Shown here piece by piece: positions 1 through 11,730 of a DNA stretch of 64,000 nt. The notes below the pieces were generated by a model. It saw only the letters and a program-made list of their open reading frames with translations, made no database searches and was not told the DNA's origin. Position 1 is the stretch's first letter, and the number at the start of each line of letters is the position of its first letter. Origin of the DNA: Somniosus microcephalus (lineage: Eukaryota); contig CM126230.1 in the NCBI GenBank assembly GCA_052327205.1, forward strand, positions 27,280,001 to 27,344,000, given 5' to 3'. The translations under genes were made by a program, and so were the position numbers.

Positions 1-3000
1 TGGTGTTACCATTAGCTGTGCACACAGTACCTCACTATATAAAAATCTCTTTGGCTACATTGTGAGGTGAATGCGCAAGGTTTAAGAGACGGGCAGCTTT
101 CAATTTGAGTACATCCCTCAGTGTGTTAAAGCTACTACTGATTGCATGGCACTTGAGGGTGGGGCTCAGCAGGTTGCTCTGCAGCACAAATGTGCCAGAC
201 ATACAGGTATGCACATTAGAAAATTGCCACAGTATCAAATGAAAGATTTAGGAACTGGCAACAAGTTTACCATTTGACTATGATTTCTGCATCTGTTTTG
301 AGCTTGAAAGGTTGGAGAGAACCAATACTGCTGACCCGTTGGGCATCAAAAATACCCAGAGTCCGTCCATGTTAATATCAGATGGCGAGGAACTCAGGCC
401 AGACCGGACACATGTTGATCCCTTTAATTGCTCAGATTGAGATCTAAAATGGTGTTTATGAGCATTTTTGCAAGAAAGTCTGGAGGAGCAGTTTGATTCA
501 CTCCCATCATCTTGTGTTTGTAATACTTTTTGGGTTGATGCAGCAAAGAAAACACAGTAACAAAACAAAGTAAATGGAAGGAAACTAAGCCTGTAAATTA
601 ATCCTGAAAACAGAAACCCAGCAAGCAAACTGATTGGACTAAGTGCCTGAGCTCCGAACAGATTAAAAAAATTCACAAAAATGAAAAGGTTATAGGACAA
701 AGCAAAATTAACCATGGCTATGAAAAACAAGATGGCAACAATTAGTCTACTGCTACACAGAGGTGTTGTGTGAAAAGAAATCTGTGTACACGGCTCTGTC
801 TTTCTCAACTATTTGATTTGATGTCATTTTGCTTTCTACAGAAGAGCAAAATTAATAATAGGGACTGGCCTTACTAGGCTTTTTAACGTGAGAAGGTTGA
901 ACTGGAAGTAGACTAATAATGTAATGCATCGTCTAAGAAATATGAAGTCTCAATATGATTTCAGAAGTAAAGATCGTTTCAAACTTCTGAAAAGATTTCT
1001 CTTATTTGAAAAGCAAGGAAATGCTGAAATGGACACAATGTAGAGGTATGGAGGTTATTTATACTTTTCAAACTTCACAAAATGTGCATGCAAGGTAGAA
1101 AGACAGAATTTTGAGAATAATCAGTGAAACAATCTATTTCACATATTAAATAATAAGTGCAATGGACTATTTTAAAACACATTACTTTGTGCCCAGTGGG
1201 TACTGAAGTGGTCAGCTCCTAAGGAATTGCTCAACTTTTCTCCACCTACCTCCTCAGTGCATCAATACTGTCTCCTGATCACTGGTTACAGAAACAGCAC
1301 TTGTTTTCATTGCTGTTCTTGAAGCAAAATACAGATCTGCTTCCTACATGACTGGGATTTCATCACACTCTTACAGCGATCAGCTCCTTACCTCACTCTC
1401 TGCCAGTTATAAAGCAATAGCATAAAACTGTGCCCATTTCACAGGCAGATAAAGAATGTTAGATAGGGAAAGGGGGCTTTTGTTGCAACAGGAAATTAAT
1501 GAGCCTTAAAGCTTTGCACATCTGGAGAGAAATTCCTCTCATCCACTCAAATTCCCTTTCTGCTGGGAGCCAACAAGCCATCAGATGCAGCACCAGGTCA
1601 AAGTCCTCAATCATGCTCACTGAGCAAGAAGAGAATGCAACAGGCTCGAGACAGAAATGAAGTACAAGAGTCCCTTAAATAGAATCATTCACTTTCAATT
1701 TAACATGAATTCTTGCTTCATTACCAATCTGCTTACATCAGGCAAAAGATAACAACAGGGTGTTACATGGTATTTGAAGTTAAGGTCTGAAGGCAAGGGT
1801 ACAGCAAGGGTCGATTTGCATATTCTCTATGTGTAGTTACACAGAATGTACAGCACAGAACCAGGTCAACTGGTCCATGCCGGTATTTATGCTCCACACA
1901 AGCCTCCTCCCACCCCTCTTCCAACCCTATCAACATATCTTGATGGTGGGAGGCAGGGGCGGGTGGGGGAAAAGACGGTCCGCTGTCCGACCCTCCCTCA
2001 AGGACATTATTCTGCCTGATCGGTGCTCCTGTCTCTACCACCCCCTCAAAAAAATCTCTTCAAAATTTCAAATGGCAGATAATTAAAAAAATTCTGTCTT
2101 CACCTCACCTCAGCAGGCGGGTGAGGGGCACGCAAGCTCAAGGCCAACGGTTAATAGTCATCATTAGACAGGGGTTGTCTGCCCCCCACCCCGGTTATTA
2201 AAGGCAACTTCAATGGCATTTGGTGATTCTGAGTCAGCCTGCCACTTTTGCAATTTAGCTCTTTGAACCGTAATGTCTGCAGGGTCACTGCTTTACACAC
2301 ATCCAAAATTCTGCTGTACTTTTGATATTTGTGGAGTAAACAGGAATACTTTGTGGGATAGAAACAGGTCGGTAGAATGATAACTATTGGTATACCATAA
2401 AACCTTTTCACCATTTGTACTTAAATGGTAATAATCTAGGATAACCTTAATATTCATATTCGGACATTCCCCAGGATTCCGATGCTACTTCACAGTGAAT
2501 AACCAATATACAAATAGGAACTGTTTGAACTCTGACCAGTAACAGATCTTTAGAAAATTATAATGCTCAATGCACAACCCTAATTAGGCACCTAAAATTT
2601 AATTGCCAATTTTTTATTTACAGCAGACTGTTGCATTGATGATATTGTAGTTTGAGCCTTAGGAATATTCCATGCATTAGCATCTATTCAGCTTATGGCA
2701 TCATTCTATGGAACAATGCACATTAAACAAGGGGGAATTAACATAATTTGTGACAATATTTGAGGGATAGATTCAGGAGTCTTTTAAACAAAGCACTTCA
2801 GAATAAACTCATTAGTTGCTTGAGCTGATAAAGTCCAGTGTGGGATTCAGGGTGATGTTCTATCTTTAACTATTTGTAGGATCAATTGCCTATGCCTGTC
2901 CAAGACAACAGTTATACTGAGGCTTTCTTCCAGGTCAGGAATGTCAGGGTATGTTTGATTACCAGCTCAAATGGGTAAACATGAGCTTATGTAAAACTGG

Positions 3001-3169
3001 ACAATCGTTAGAGAACCAATTAAAATGAAATTCCTTTGATTTTATGAGTTCAGTACTACTGATAAACTACCTATGGATTTTAAAATTAAAGCTGCTTGAG
3101 GATCTTCTCAATGTCTCGGTGTCTCTAAATACTATTTTGTCTTAGGCATAAAATACAAATAATGAGGAG

Positions 3170-3600
3170 ACACGGAGGCACAATGGGTTAGGGCACTGTC
3201 CTTTCATTTTTAGGTCCTTGCTTTGAATCCAGCTTGGACTTGGGGGATGAAATTCACCTCTCTATACCTTGCTGGCTCGAAGGTTCTTTGGCGAAATTCA
3301 TTTACAGAAGTATTCACCATGGGGGCAGACCCACAAAATAAAACTGTCTTCAATTTGACAATTGGAAATCTCAGAGAAGACTTAAGGGTCACTGATGTGG
3401 GGAAGTGGAGACAACACATGGTAACACAGGGCACTGTTCCGAGATTGTAGTTGAGGAACATTGTCTGGGCACAGTAAGGGGAGATTTATTCTGCTTCTGG
3501 TATTGCTATACTGGACCTGAGTGCTTGCTGTTGACAACTGGATACTAAATGTGGAGAAGGGTTCCATTCCCCAGCACGGACATCTCTCACCTTGACAAGG
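3170..3600 (+). mobile_element. Old tRNA-derived SINE with an LF-SINE-like head
   Basis: ggcacaatgggttagggcactgtcctttca...tttgaatccagc resembles A/B boxes. The family assignment is tentative. Confidence 0.4.
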
Positions 3601-6600
3601 GCAAAAATTAATCTCAAGATATATATAAATTATAAAAGGCAAATAATTAAAGAATTAAATCAGCTTGACCAACTCAAGATGGCTCAGACTCCAAATTAAA
3701 TCCCCCTGCAAAGTATTGAACCAAAAAGTAATTTGGGTAATACACTAATCCTTACCTCAAGCACTGATTCCCTGTAGCTCAGCCTCACTAATCTCTTGTC
3801 TCACCTGGCATCTGTGGAGAGGGCTAAGGCCGAAAACAAAGGGGAAATTAAATCAGTGCTCATTTGAGTTGGGGTTCCACAAACAAAAGTTAAAAAAAAA
3901 TTTAAAGCAAGGAATTATGACCTGAAGAACAGGTCATGCAGGAATAAACATGGTTTTAATGATTTCCAGAGAGCACTAATGGAAAGGAAGATCTCATTCC
4001 TTCAGCAATTACTGCCAGTTTTATTGGCTCCTAATTGTTTGCTTATTGGCAATGAAATCGGGTGGTTTCAAAGAGTCGGAGCCTCTCCTTGTAGTTATAC
4101 ATCCGCAAACCTAGATTCTTGAGATTTCAGGGTAAGATTGAAATTTTTTAAGTGTCACTTAGGAGAAGGGTGCTGTAATATACAAGGGTCACAGCATCTG
4201 GATTAAACTAAGCTTTACAATGAAAGTCCAATGAATGAAGAGGGCTTTTCCTGACGTTTTAAATGGGTTTTCAATAACCAGTAAGCCCGAGTCCTTGTAA
4301 TGAAAACCTTGAGTCTTCGTCACCCCAGAGTAAGTGCATTAGACTCTGAAGCACATGTCACTTTCAGACAAAGCAAATCCACCAGGGTAGATAGTGGTCA
4401 GCATTTCACTGGAGCTGGATAAGGACAAAAGAACCTCAGCCAGCAAGGTTTCATCTTATTCAAGCAAATATCAATGAAAAAGAGCAGCATGCTCCCTTGG
4501 GGAGAGAGGGCTAATTTTGCTCAGCAAAACTGGCCGCTTTCAATGACTTTCTCATATAAAACAACTTCCCATTTCACTACCATCTATTCCCTTCATTATT
4601 TTAAAATAGATTAGTAGCAAGACGATTTTAATGCTGTTGTTTAAAGACTTACTTTGTTCTATTAGCACTGATTCTGCTATCCAAACAGATGCTTGCTTGC
4701 ATTATTATTCTCATCAAACTACCAAATTTTAGATTACCCACACTAGAAATGGCATCCCTGAAAGAAGTTCAACATCCACAAACAACCAGGAACCTGAAGA
4801 TTGGGTAGGTTTCTGGCTAATACAGTATTGGAAGAGATAGTTTGAACCCTGAAAGACAACCGTGCCTTCTTCCTGGTCGTATGAGCATGGAAGATTGTGT
4901 GTATAGTGCAGCCATCCTGCAATACTTTCCATCTACCAGGGAAACCAGATTTTCTTTTCTAATCTGGAACCAACAGGGTAAAGCAACAATTTGATGTTCT
5001 ATTCTTTCAAGTTTGAGAATTTTGCTCAGATGTTCTTGTGAATAGATAGCTTTCCAGCGAGTAAAAGTAGTTGGGTAGAGCCTTTTTGCTGAGTTCGGAG
5101 CAGGCTTTATGAAAATCATACAATGTCTCCAGATAACAAACAACTATTGTGGATACTGATCATCAGGAAGATCTACACTATATAAATACAAGTTGTTGTT
5201 ATCTATAATATTCCAGAGTACATCTTGGAAATAGAAGCTAACTTTGAGTGAACACATTATTGGTTAAGATGACACTAATGATTTACAAACAAATATTTTG
5301 TCAAAAATCAAGCACGTTCAAACTTTTGAAAAGTCTTTGCAGGATAAGAGAACTGTACATTACAGAAAACACTTTTATGGTTTAGAAATACTGTTAACAA
5401 AGCATAAACATACCTCTATGTGCGGCAGAGTTAGAGAATGTCACGTAATCCAAAATGGTGGGTCAAAGAGGGGAATTTCTTAAGGTCCAGTGTAACTAGG
5501 TGATTCAATCTCCCTCTACTATGGAGGACTGATATTCCTAATTTTAGAGTGAATGAAGGAGGGTTATTTTTTCCTTCAGTTCACGCTGATCGCATTAAAA
5601 AAAACTTTGGTTTGAAGGCCACTGTATTTCTAGAACTTTTTAAATTAAAATGCTTTAAAGGTTCATTCTAGTTCAACATTAGGAACTGTGCTTAAGATAT
5701 ACAAATTTGGACTGATTCAACAGACCCACCATACTGGTGTGCTTATTCATCAATATTATATTTCTCATGACCAGATTCTCCATTTATTTTTGCTTTTTAT
5801 GGTTATATTTATTTTCAAATTGGCACCCATTAAGAGCCCCTGGTTCAAGGCATGTGGAAGGCTAAAGACACAGACTACAGTCTAAACAGGGGGCTTGCCC
5901 AGCTGCATAAATATAAATGGACCTTACATGCTCCATCAGAAGTAAGGCAAAGATTTTGGAAGCGAGTTATAATGGTGAAGTTGTAATTACTGTTAATATA
6001 ATGTACAGTGTGAAAATGTTATAACACAGGCCAACAGTTCAACCAGAGACGGTGTTCTGAAATTGCAGAGGAATTAATAGCCTTGTAAAATTACTTACAT
6101 TAAAATATCGAGCCAAACAAGGGGCATTTGGTATCGACCATTTTGGGGGCACTAACATCAGCGACATTGACTGCGAAATTCAGTTTTATTGCCCTAAGAG
6201 GGAAGTAGAGCACTAAATCAAGTGCTACACACTCCTCTTAGGGCGCTACCGCAGAGCGCTACTCAAGTTCCGGCGCCGCCAATTACAAGTACTCAGACAG
6301 ACTGGCGCCTTCCAGTTCTTAAAGGGTAGGTTCAATCATGCTGCACAGCCTCACTCTGATCATTGCTGCTTGTGAACCGGGCCTGCAAACCATCCTTGAA
6401 AGATCTCATGGCTGATCAGAGGCCGAGGGAGAGAGCTCGCCGGTTCAGCGACCACGTCTTGGAGGCTCTGGTCACGGCCGTGGAACTCTGACGGGCAGTG
6501 CTCTTCCCGGACACGGGCAGGAGGCCATTGCCGCAGGACTTCAGGAGGATGTGGAGAAAGGTCGCCCAGCATGTGTCGGCCAGAGGTGTGGTCTACAGGA

Positions 6601-6799
6601 CTCCCACTCGGTGCTCCAAGAAGTTCAACGACCTCTCTCGGGGTGGTCACATGAATACATGATTCAAAAACCTCTACATGCCACCATCTCAACCTCGCAC
6701 TGTGCACAGACGGTGTAAACCGTCAAATCCCCAACACTCACCCACCAATTATGCCCACCCGCTAAAAGTCACATCCACATCTCATGCCTTGCATACATG

Positions 6800-7107
6800 A
6801 ACATCTTTTGTTTCTTAACTTGTCCCATTACCATCTCCTTTTGCCTTGCACCGTCTCTTAATCTCTCCTGCCTTCCACCCTATCACAGACCTTCCCTTTT
6901 GTTCTTTCCTTTCCTCCCCTCCCCCTTTCCCTGCACTTGCTTAAAAACCTGTTCCATCTCCAACTTTTTCCAGTTCTGACGAAGGGTCACTGACCGGAAA
7001 CGTTAACTCGGTTTCTCTCTCCACAGATGTTACCTGACCGGCTGAGTATTTCCAGCATTTTCTGTTTTTATTTTAGATTCCCAGCATCTGCAGTATTTTG
7101 CTTTTGT
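6800..7107 (+). mobile_element. Penelope-like retroelement 3' terminal fragment nested in the Harbinger intron
   Basis: Near-identical to 32804-33078, which follows a GIY-YIG ORF. Flanked by the direct repeat ATACATG (6793-6799, 7108-7114). Confidence 0.85.
6972..7008 (+). ncRNA. Minimal type I hammerhead ribozyme motif, Penelope-associated, with a mismatched stem II closing pair
   Basis: AGTT-CTGACGA-AGGGTCACTGACCG-GAAA-CGTT-AACT contains the CUGANGA and GAAA core and stem I AGTT/AACT. Confidence 0.6.
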
Positions 7108-7113
7108 ATACAT

Positions 7114-7872
7114 GGGCCCAGAACTTGGTGTCGGGGGCTTGCCGCGCGTGCAAGCCCCCGATGTGCGCTCACCCTGCGCACCGACATCTGAAACCTGGCC
7201 CGCAGTGGATTTCCTGTCAGTGGCCAGGTTCTGATGTCAGCGCGCTGTGCTAACCTGATCCAGCGGCGTAGTTATTGCGATGTGCCGGCTGGGATCAGGT
7301 GAGCACTGTTCAGCCAATCAGGGGAGGGGAAACGTCATTCATAAGTTTGAGAGTAAGAACTGTCAAACTCATGAGAAGTACTGCACCCCAGAACACTACT
7401 AAAACTTTAAATAAAATGTTAAAAAACATCCCAATCATTAAATTAAGTATAAATAAGTTAAAAAAAATAATTTAAACAATTTTTTTTGAAAAAAATAAAT
7501 TTTTAACAAAAAGGGTCTAAAACTAAACTTACCTTATTGTAGATTGTTTAAAATAATAAACCTGTGGAAAAAAAATTCTAAATTGCACTAAAACACCACT
7601 TACCTGTAAAAAATAAATACTTACGTGTGCTTTTTACAAGCGTAAAGACCGGAGGCCTTTAGACATGCGCAAATCCCCCAAAACAGAGGAAATCCAAGAC
7701 GCACGCGCTGCCCCCTACAGCGCACGCGCTAGCCTCTTCAACTCTTGGGTTAGAGGAGAGGAAATGCCGGTTTTCAGCGCATGCGCTGTGCATGCTGAAA
7801 ACCGGCATTTCCTCCGGCCAGACGCGTGAGTACCCCTTCCGTACTCACGCGTTTGGGGAGGAATTTCTGCCC
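7114..7872. mobile_element. Non-autonomous Harbinger-type MITE nested in the larger Harbinger
   Basis: Imperfect TIRs GGGCCCAGAACTT...AATTTCTGCCC, 3-bp TSD CAT (7111-7113, 7873-7875), an AT-rich core and internal hairpins. Removing it restores colinearity with the second Harbinger copy (ccttgcayaca...acagctattcaactatgg). Confidence 0.75.
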
Positions 7873-9586
7873 CATTAACAGCTATTCAACTATGGTAGGC
7901 ACATCTGCCAAACACATGGCTGCACACTCACTCACATGCTTTTGTCCCTTTTCGCAGACCAAGGACAGGAGGGAGCAGCAACGCACGGGAGGTGGTCAAG
8001 CGGGCACAGTGGAAGTCAGAGACGTCGACCCCCCTTGGGGACAACAACGGTATGTTCCTCACCTCTCCCCCTTCTCTCATGCCACTTCCCCCTCACAATA
8101 CGAGCCCTTCCCACTTGCCATCTGTCTCCATTCCTTGCTCCCGTCCTGTCCCCCTCCCCTGACGTTAAACCCACTCTTGTGCCTTCATGCTTTCAGATAA
8201 TCAGCCACCAGCTGACCAGCCTGTCCCTCAGCCTCCCAGTGGCAGCGACACGGGAGAGGAGGAACAACAAGCCAGAGCCTCACTGCCTGTGTCTCCCGAG
8301 GACGAGAGGTCCGACAATGGGGCCACGCGATCACTGGAGGCGAGCCTAGTACATGGGTCTGATGCGGGTGAAGCTCCGGGAACCAGCGGGCTGCAGCAAC
8401 GCCATGGGGAAAGGGAAGCTCGGGGGCCATCTCCCCAGAGGGTGAGTGTGCATGCGAGTTCTGCTGCTCAGGACTCAGATGAGGACCTTGATGTGGAGGT
8501 CTTGACCACACAGGTGATGAGCATGCATACTGAGCTCATGGGTGCAATGGCAAGAGTGCCCGAGAGCATGGATGCACTGGCTAGGAGCGAGAAGTTGTCC
8601 ACCTCCAGCATTGCACTCATCACTGCGCAAAGCATCAAGCCAATCCTTGGCAGTTTGCAAAGGATGGTTGCCTTATAGAGAGACCGTGAGGACCCAGACC
8701 TCATGTCATGGGTGAGGTGGCAGCAGCTATTGCAACACAGGCCAAAGCAATGCAACGGCTTAGTGCTGTAATGGAGTCAGTGGTTGGGTGGCCTCCAATC
8801 TCAGGCTGCTCTCATGTAGTCTCAGATTGATGCCACGCAAGCGCTGACTGCTGCCATCGTCGCTGGGTCGCCCACAGTCCACCGGGGATCTCACGGTGCC
8901 GCAGCAGGCCAGCAATCTGTGCTTGAGCAGATTGCTCCGGATGCTGAGGGTCTGCCCTGGGGGAGTGGCAGTGTGTCGGTCGAGCAGGAAGGTGCTGCCC
9001 TCTCTCAGGATGACAACATTCCTGCTCCCACCACTGCCACACCGCCATTGCACTTGCCGCAGCCTGTAATCCAGCCATCCCAGACTGCTGCCGCACATGC
9101 TGAGGTGATGCAGTCTGCAGCCGGGCCTTCCAGGCCCAGAGCTGGTCGAGGACATCCTGCAAGGCCATCTGCAGTCTCTGGCTCCCAGACTCAGCAGCCT
9201 TCCACCAGCCTTGCTGCAGCCACTGGGGCCACATTACGGAAGAGCAGTAGGGTTGGGAGGGGGGAATTCCAAAGGGGAGGGAAATCACTGAGGAAGGGCG
9301 AGTGAATAATGCGGTATTAGCAAATGGGGGAGTGTGTGTAAATAAATTAATGTGTTTGTAAATATATTGTTGAGTTTGGTAACAAATAGTTGTGTTTGTT
9401 GTTAAATTGTTGTGTTTATTTATTATTGGTTGTGTTTCTTAAGAGAGTGTTGTGCACAATAACAAATTTTTATTTTGACATAGCACATTTCGTGATGTTT
9501 CTCATTTGACCTTTGTCAGGTGATGGGGACTGCAAGCTGGCTGTAATGATGTGGTTGTTCTGCGCAAAGGCAATGTGCTGTATCAT

Positions 9587-10722
9587 TGATTGGAAGCGCT
9601 GTCTAATGAGGCGATCACGAACGGCCCTTGCAGAAGCAAGATTGAGTGGCTCCCTCCTATGTTGCTGCTCCTCCTCTCCCTCTTCCTCCTCCTGAGGTGG
9701 ACCTGCAATCCCTGGTGGCAATGGCTGGGCCCTCAGAATGGCCAGGTTGTGCTGCATGCAGCACACAACAATGAAAAGGGAGATTCGATCAGTGGAGTAC
9801 TGCAGGGCTCCTCCAGAGCGCTCAAGACAGCGGAGCCGTTGCTTTAGCAGGTTCCTGGTAGCGCTATGGCTGCCATTGTATGCGTGTTGAGCAGGAGTGT
9901 TGGGGTTGCGGAGGGGCATCAGGGTTGCGGAGGGGTGTCATCAGCCAGGTGGCGAGTGGATAACCCTCGTCTCCGAGCAGCCAGCCGTGAGCTTCATGTG
10001 ATGGGTGGAACAGTGCTGCGACTCCAGTCTCACGCAGGATGAATGCATCGTGGCTGCTGCCAGGATAGAGGGCATTGACGGCGAGGATGCGCTGTCTGTG
10101 GTCGTACACCAACTGAACATTCAGAGAGTGGTAGCCTTTGCGGTTACGGAACACCTCTGCATTGTGATGTGCTGCCCGCAATGCCACGTGGGTGCAGTCA
10201 ATGGCGCCCTGAACCATGGGGAAAGCCTGCTATCCTTGCAAAGCCACATGAGTGTTCATCCTGTTTCTCCCTGGTCATGGGGAATGAGATGCACTCCCTT
10301 CTCCTTCTGTACAGAGCATCTGTCACCTCCTGGATGCAGCAATGGACGGCGAACTGCGAAATGTTTGCAATATCCCCTGTTGAAGCCTGGAAGGAGCTGC
10401 TGGCACAGAAACTAAGAGCGACTGTGACCTTCACTACCACTGAGAGATGCGTCCTGGTCCTAATCTAAGGCTAGAGGTCTGGCTGCAGGAGGTGGCAAAG
10501 CTCCGTGACCGCCGCCTTGAAGTGGAGCCTTCTAAGGCACAGCTCCTCCGACAGGTGAATGTAGGAGAACTGCTCCCGGAATACCCTGGGAGGGTAAGGT
10601 CTCCTGTTGAGAGCCCTGTTGGCCCTCCTCCCTCTGGCCACGATGTGCAATCTTCTCTCCGCCTCCGCTGTCTCAGACGGTGACGCTGGAGGGCGAGGTC
10701 CCTGTGCCAGTGCAGCCCCCAT
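9587..10722 (-). pseudogene. HARBI1-like Harbinger DDE transposase, disrupted
   Basis: ORFs 10471..10758, 10198..10440, 9864..10217 and 9470..9919 give KVTVALSFCASSSFQ, GAIDCTH, NRKGYHSLNVQLV, YPGSSHDAFIL, LLGDEGYPL, LKQRLRCL and CCMQHNLA. There are stops, frameshifts, a 19-nt tandem duplication near 9903-9940 and loss of the segment carrying the catalytic E. Confidence 0.92.
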
Positions 10723-11354
10723 TAAGTGTTGGAAATGTTGCAGTATCAAATGTAACACAAATGAAACTGATACATTTTTCTCAGGAGCAAAACTCCTTCA
10801 AGTAGGAAAAACTCAAAATCGGTCAAAATGCCTGTCTGCTTCTGTCAAACTGACAAGGCAGTATTGTTTGCTGACTAAAAAAAACCCGGAAGTTCACGCC
10901 TTTAAATAGCGCACCTCCAGCTCTCAGCTGACTGCAAACCGCCTCCTCTACCTGTCGTTCCTAACGGCAGGTGCTGAGACAGGGGGCGAGAATTAATTTC
11001 TGGTCCAGGCGCTACTGGAGCAATGCGCCACCGCAAACCGCCGGAAAATTTTGATGGCGGCGCTAACATCGCCGTGCCTGGGCGGTAAGTCGTTAGCGAC
11101 CCCCGGAGGTGCTAACAGGAGTAGTTAAGGTACCAAATTTCTAGCCTTCAGTGTTCAGAAACTCAATTGAGAAGCAGCACTTGGCTACAACTTGTAGTTC
11201 AAGTCTCACTTGGAAACTCTCCCATGTACAGACATCTCATTTCATGACCTTTAGGGTAATGTAGCAGAAGCAACAATTAAATTGGACACAAGTCTAATAA
11301 ACATCAACATGTACACTCCCAGCACTAACTAATTATTGTCTTCTTGTTTCCTGT

Positions 11355-11730
11355 CAGGTTTTGCTCAGTTGGTAGTGCTCTCATCTCGGAGTCAGAAGGC
11401 TGTACGTTCAAGCCCAACTCCAAGACATCAGCACATAATCTGCTGCATTATGAGAACGGCATCTTTCAGTTGACATATTAAACCGAGGCCCCGTCTGCCT
11501 GTTCAGGTGGATGGAAAAAAATCCTGTGGCACTATTCAAAGAGCAAGTATTTTCCCACTGTCTCAGCCTTCCTTCCTCACCAACAGCACCAAAATCAGAT
11601 AAACCAATCATTCATCTCACTCCCTCTGTACAAATTGGCTGCTGTGTTTACTTACAGAACAGTGACATTTCAAAGATAATTAATTGGATGCCAGGTACTT
11701 TGGGACGTCCTGAGTGTGATGAGGTTCTTC
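11355..11730 (+). mobile_element. Deu-domain SINE (SacSINE1-like)
   Basis: Head gctcagttggtag...gttcaagccc, core ttaaaccgaggccccgtctgcctgttcaggtggat, and tail ctttgggacgtcctgag. Confidence 0.75.

Larger units (their letters stand above)
6408..9305 (+). pseudogene. Harbinger Myb/SANT-like DNA-binding protein gene, spliced: exon 1 ~6408-6650, exon 2 from ~7959, exon 3 from ~8198
   Basis: Translates as MADQRPRERARRFSDHVLEALVTAVEL*RAVLFP...MWRKVAQHVSARGVVYRTPTRCSKKFNDL with an in-frame TGA at 6489. Then REQQRTGGG follows a ttttcgcag acceptor. An acidic/low-complexity C-terminus lies in ORFs 8187..8678 and 8919..9305, and AATAAA is at ~9341. Confidence 0.8.
6121..11147. mobile_element. Decayed autonomous-type PIF/Harbinger DNA transposon: Myb/SANT gene on + and transposase on -, convergent
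   Basis: Both Harbinger genes are present. The right end AATTTCTAGCCT (11136-11147) is the near reverse complement of GGGCTAGAAATT, which starts the related copy at 53023. The left end GGGGCATTTGGTA is a degenerate TIR and no TSD is preserved, so the left boundary is approximate. Confidence 0.85.

Noticed and set aside
278-808. 176-aa minus-strand ORF in the KAT6B orientation
   Set aside because: No similarity to MYST or any domain I recognise. The hydrophobic half comes from a T-rich tract and there is no convincing splice-site pair.
4250-5150. Coding-like texture suggesting a decayed DIRS or other retroelement (also ~15000-16700)
   Set aside because: I could not recover any diagnostic motif by eye. 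A translated search against transposon proteins is needed.
9587-10722. Possible domesticated HARBI1 host gene
   Set aside because: It has multiple stops and frameshifts, lacks the catalytic Glu segment and lies within TIR-bounded transposon sequence.
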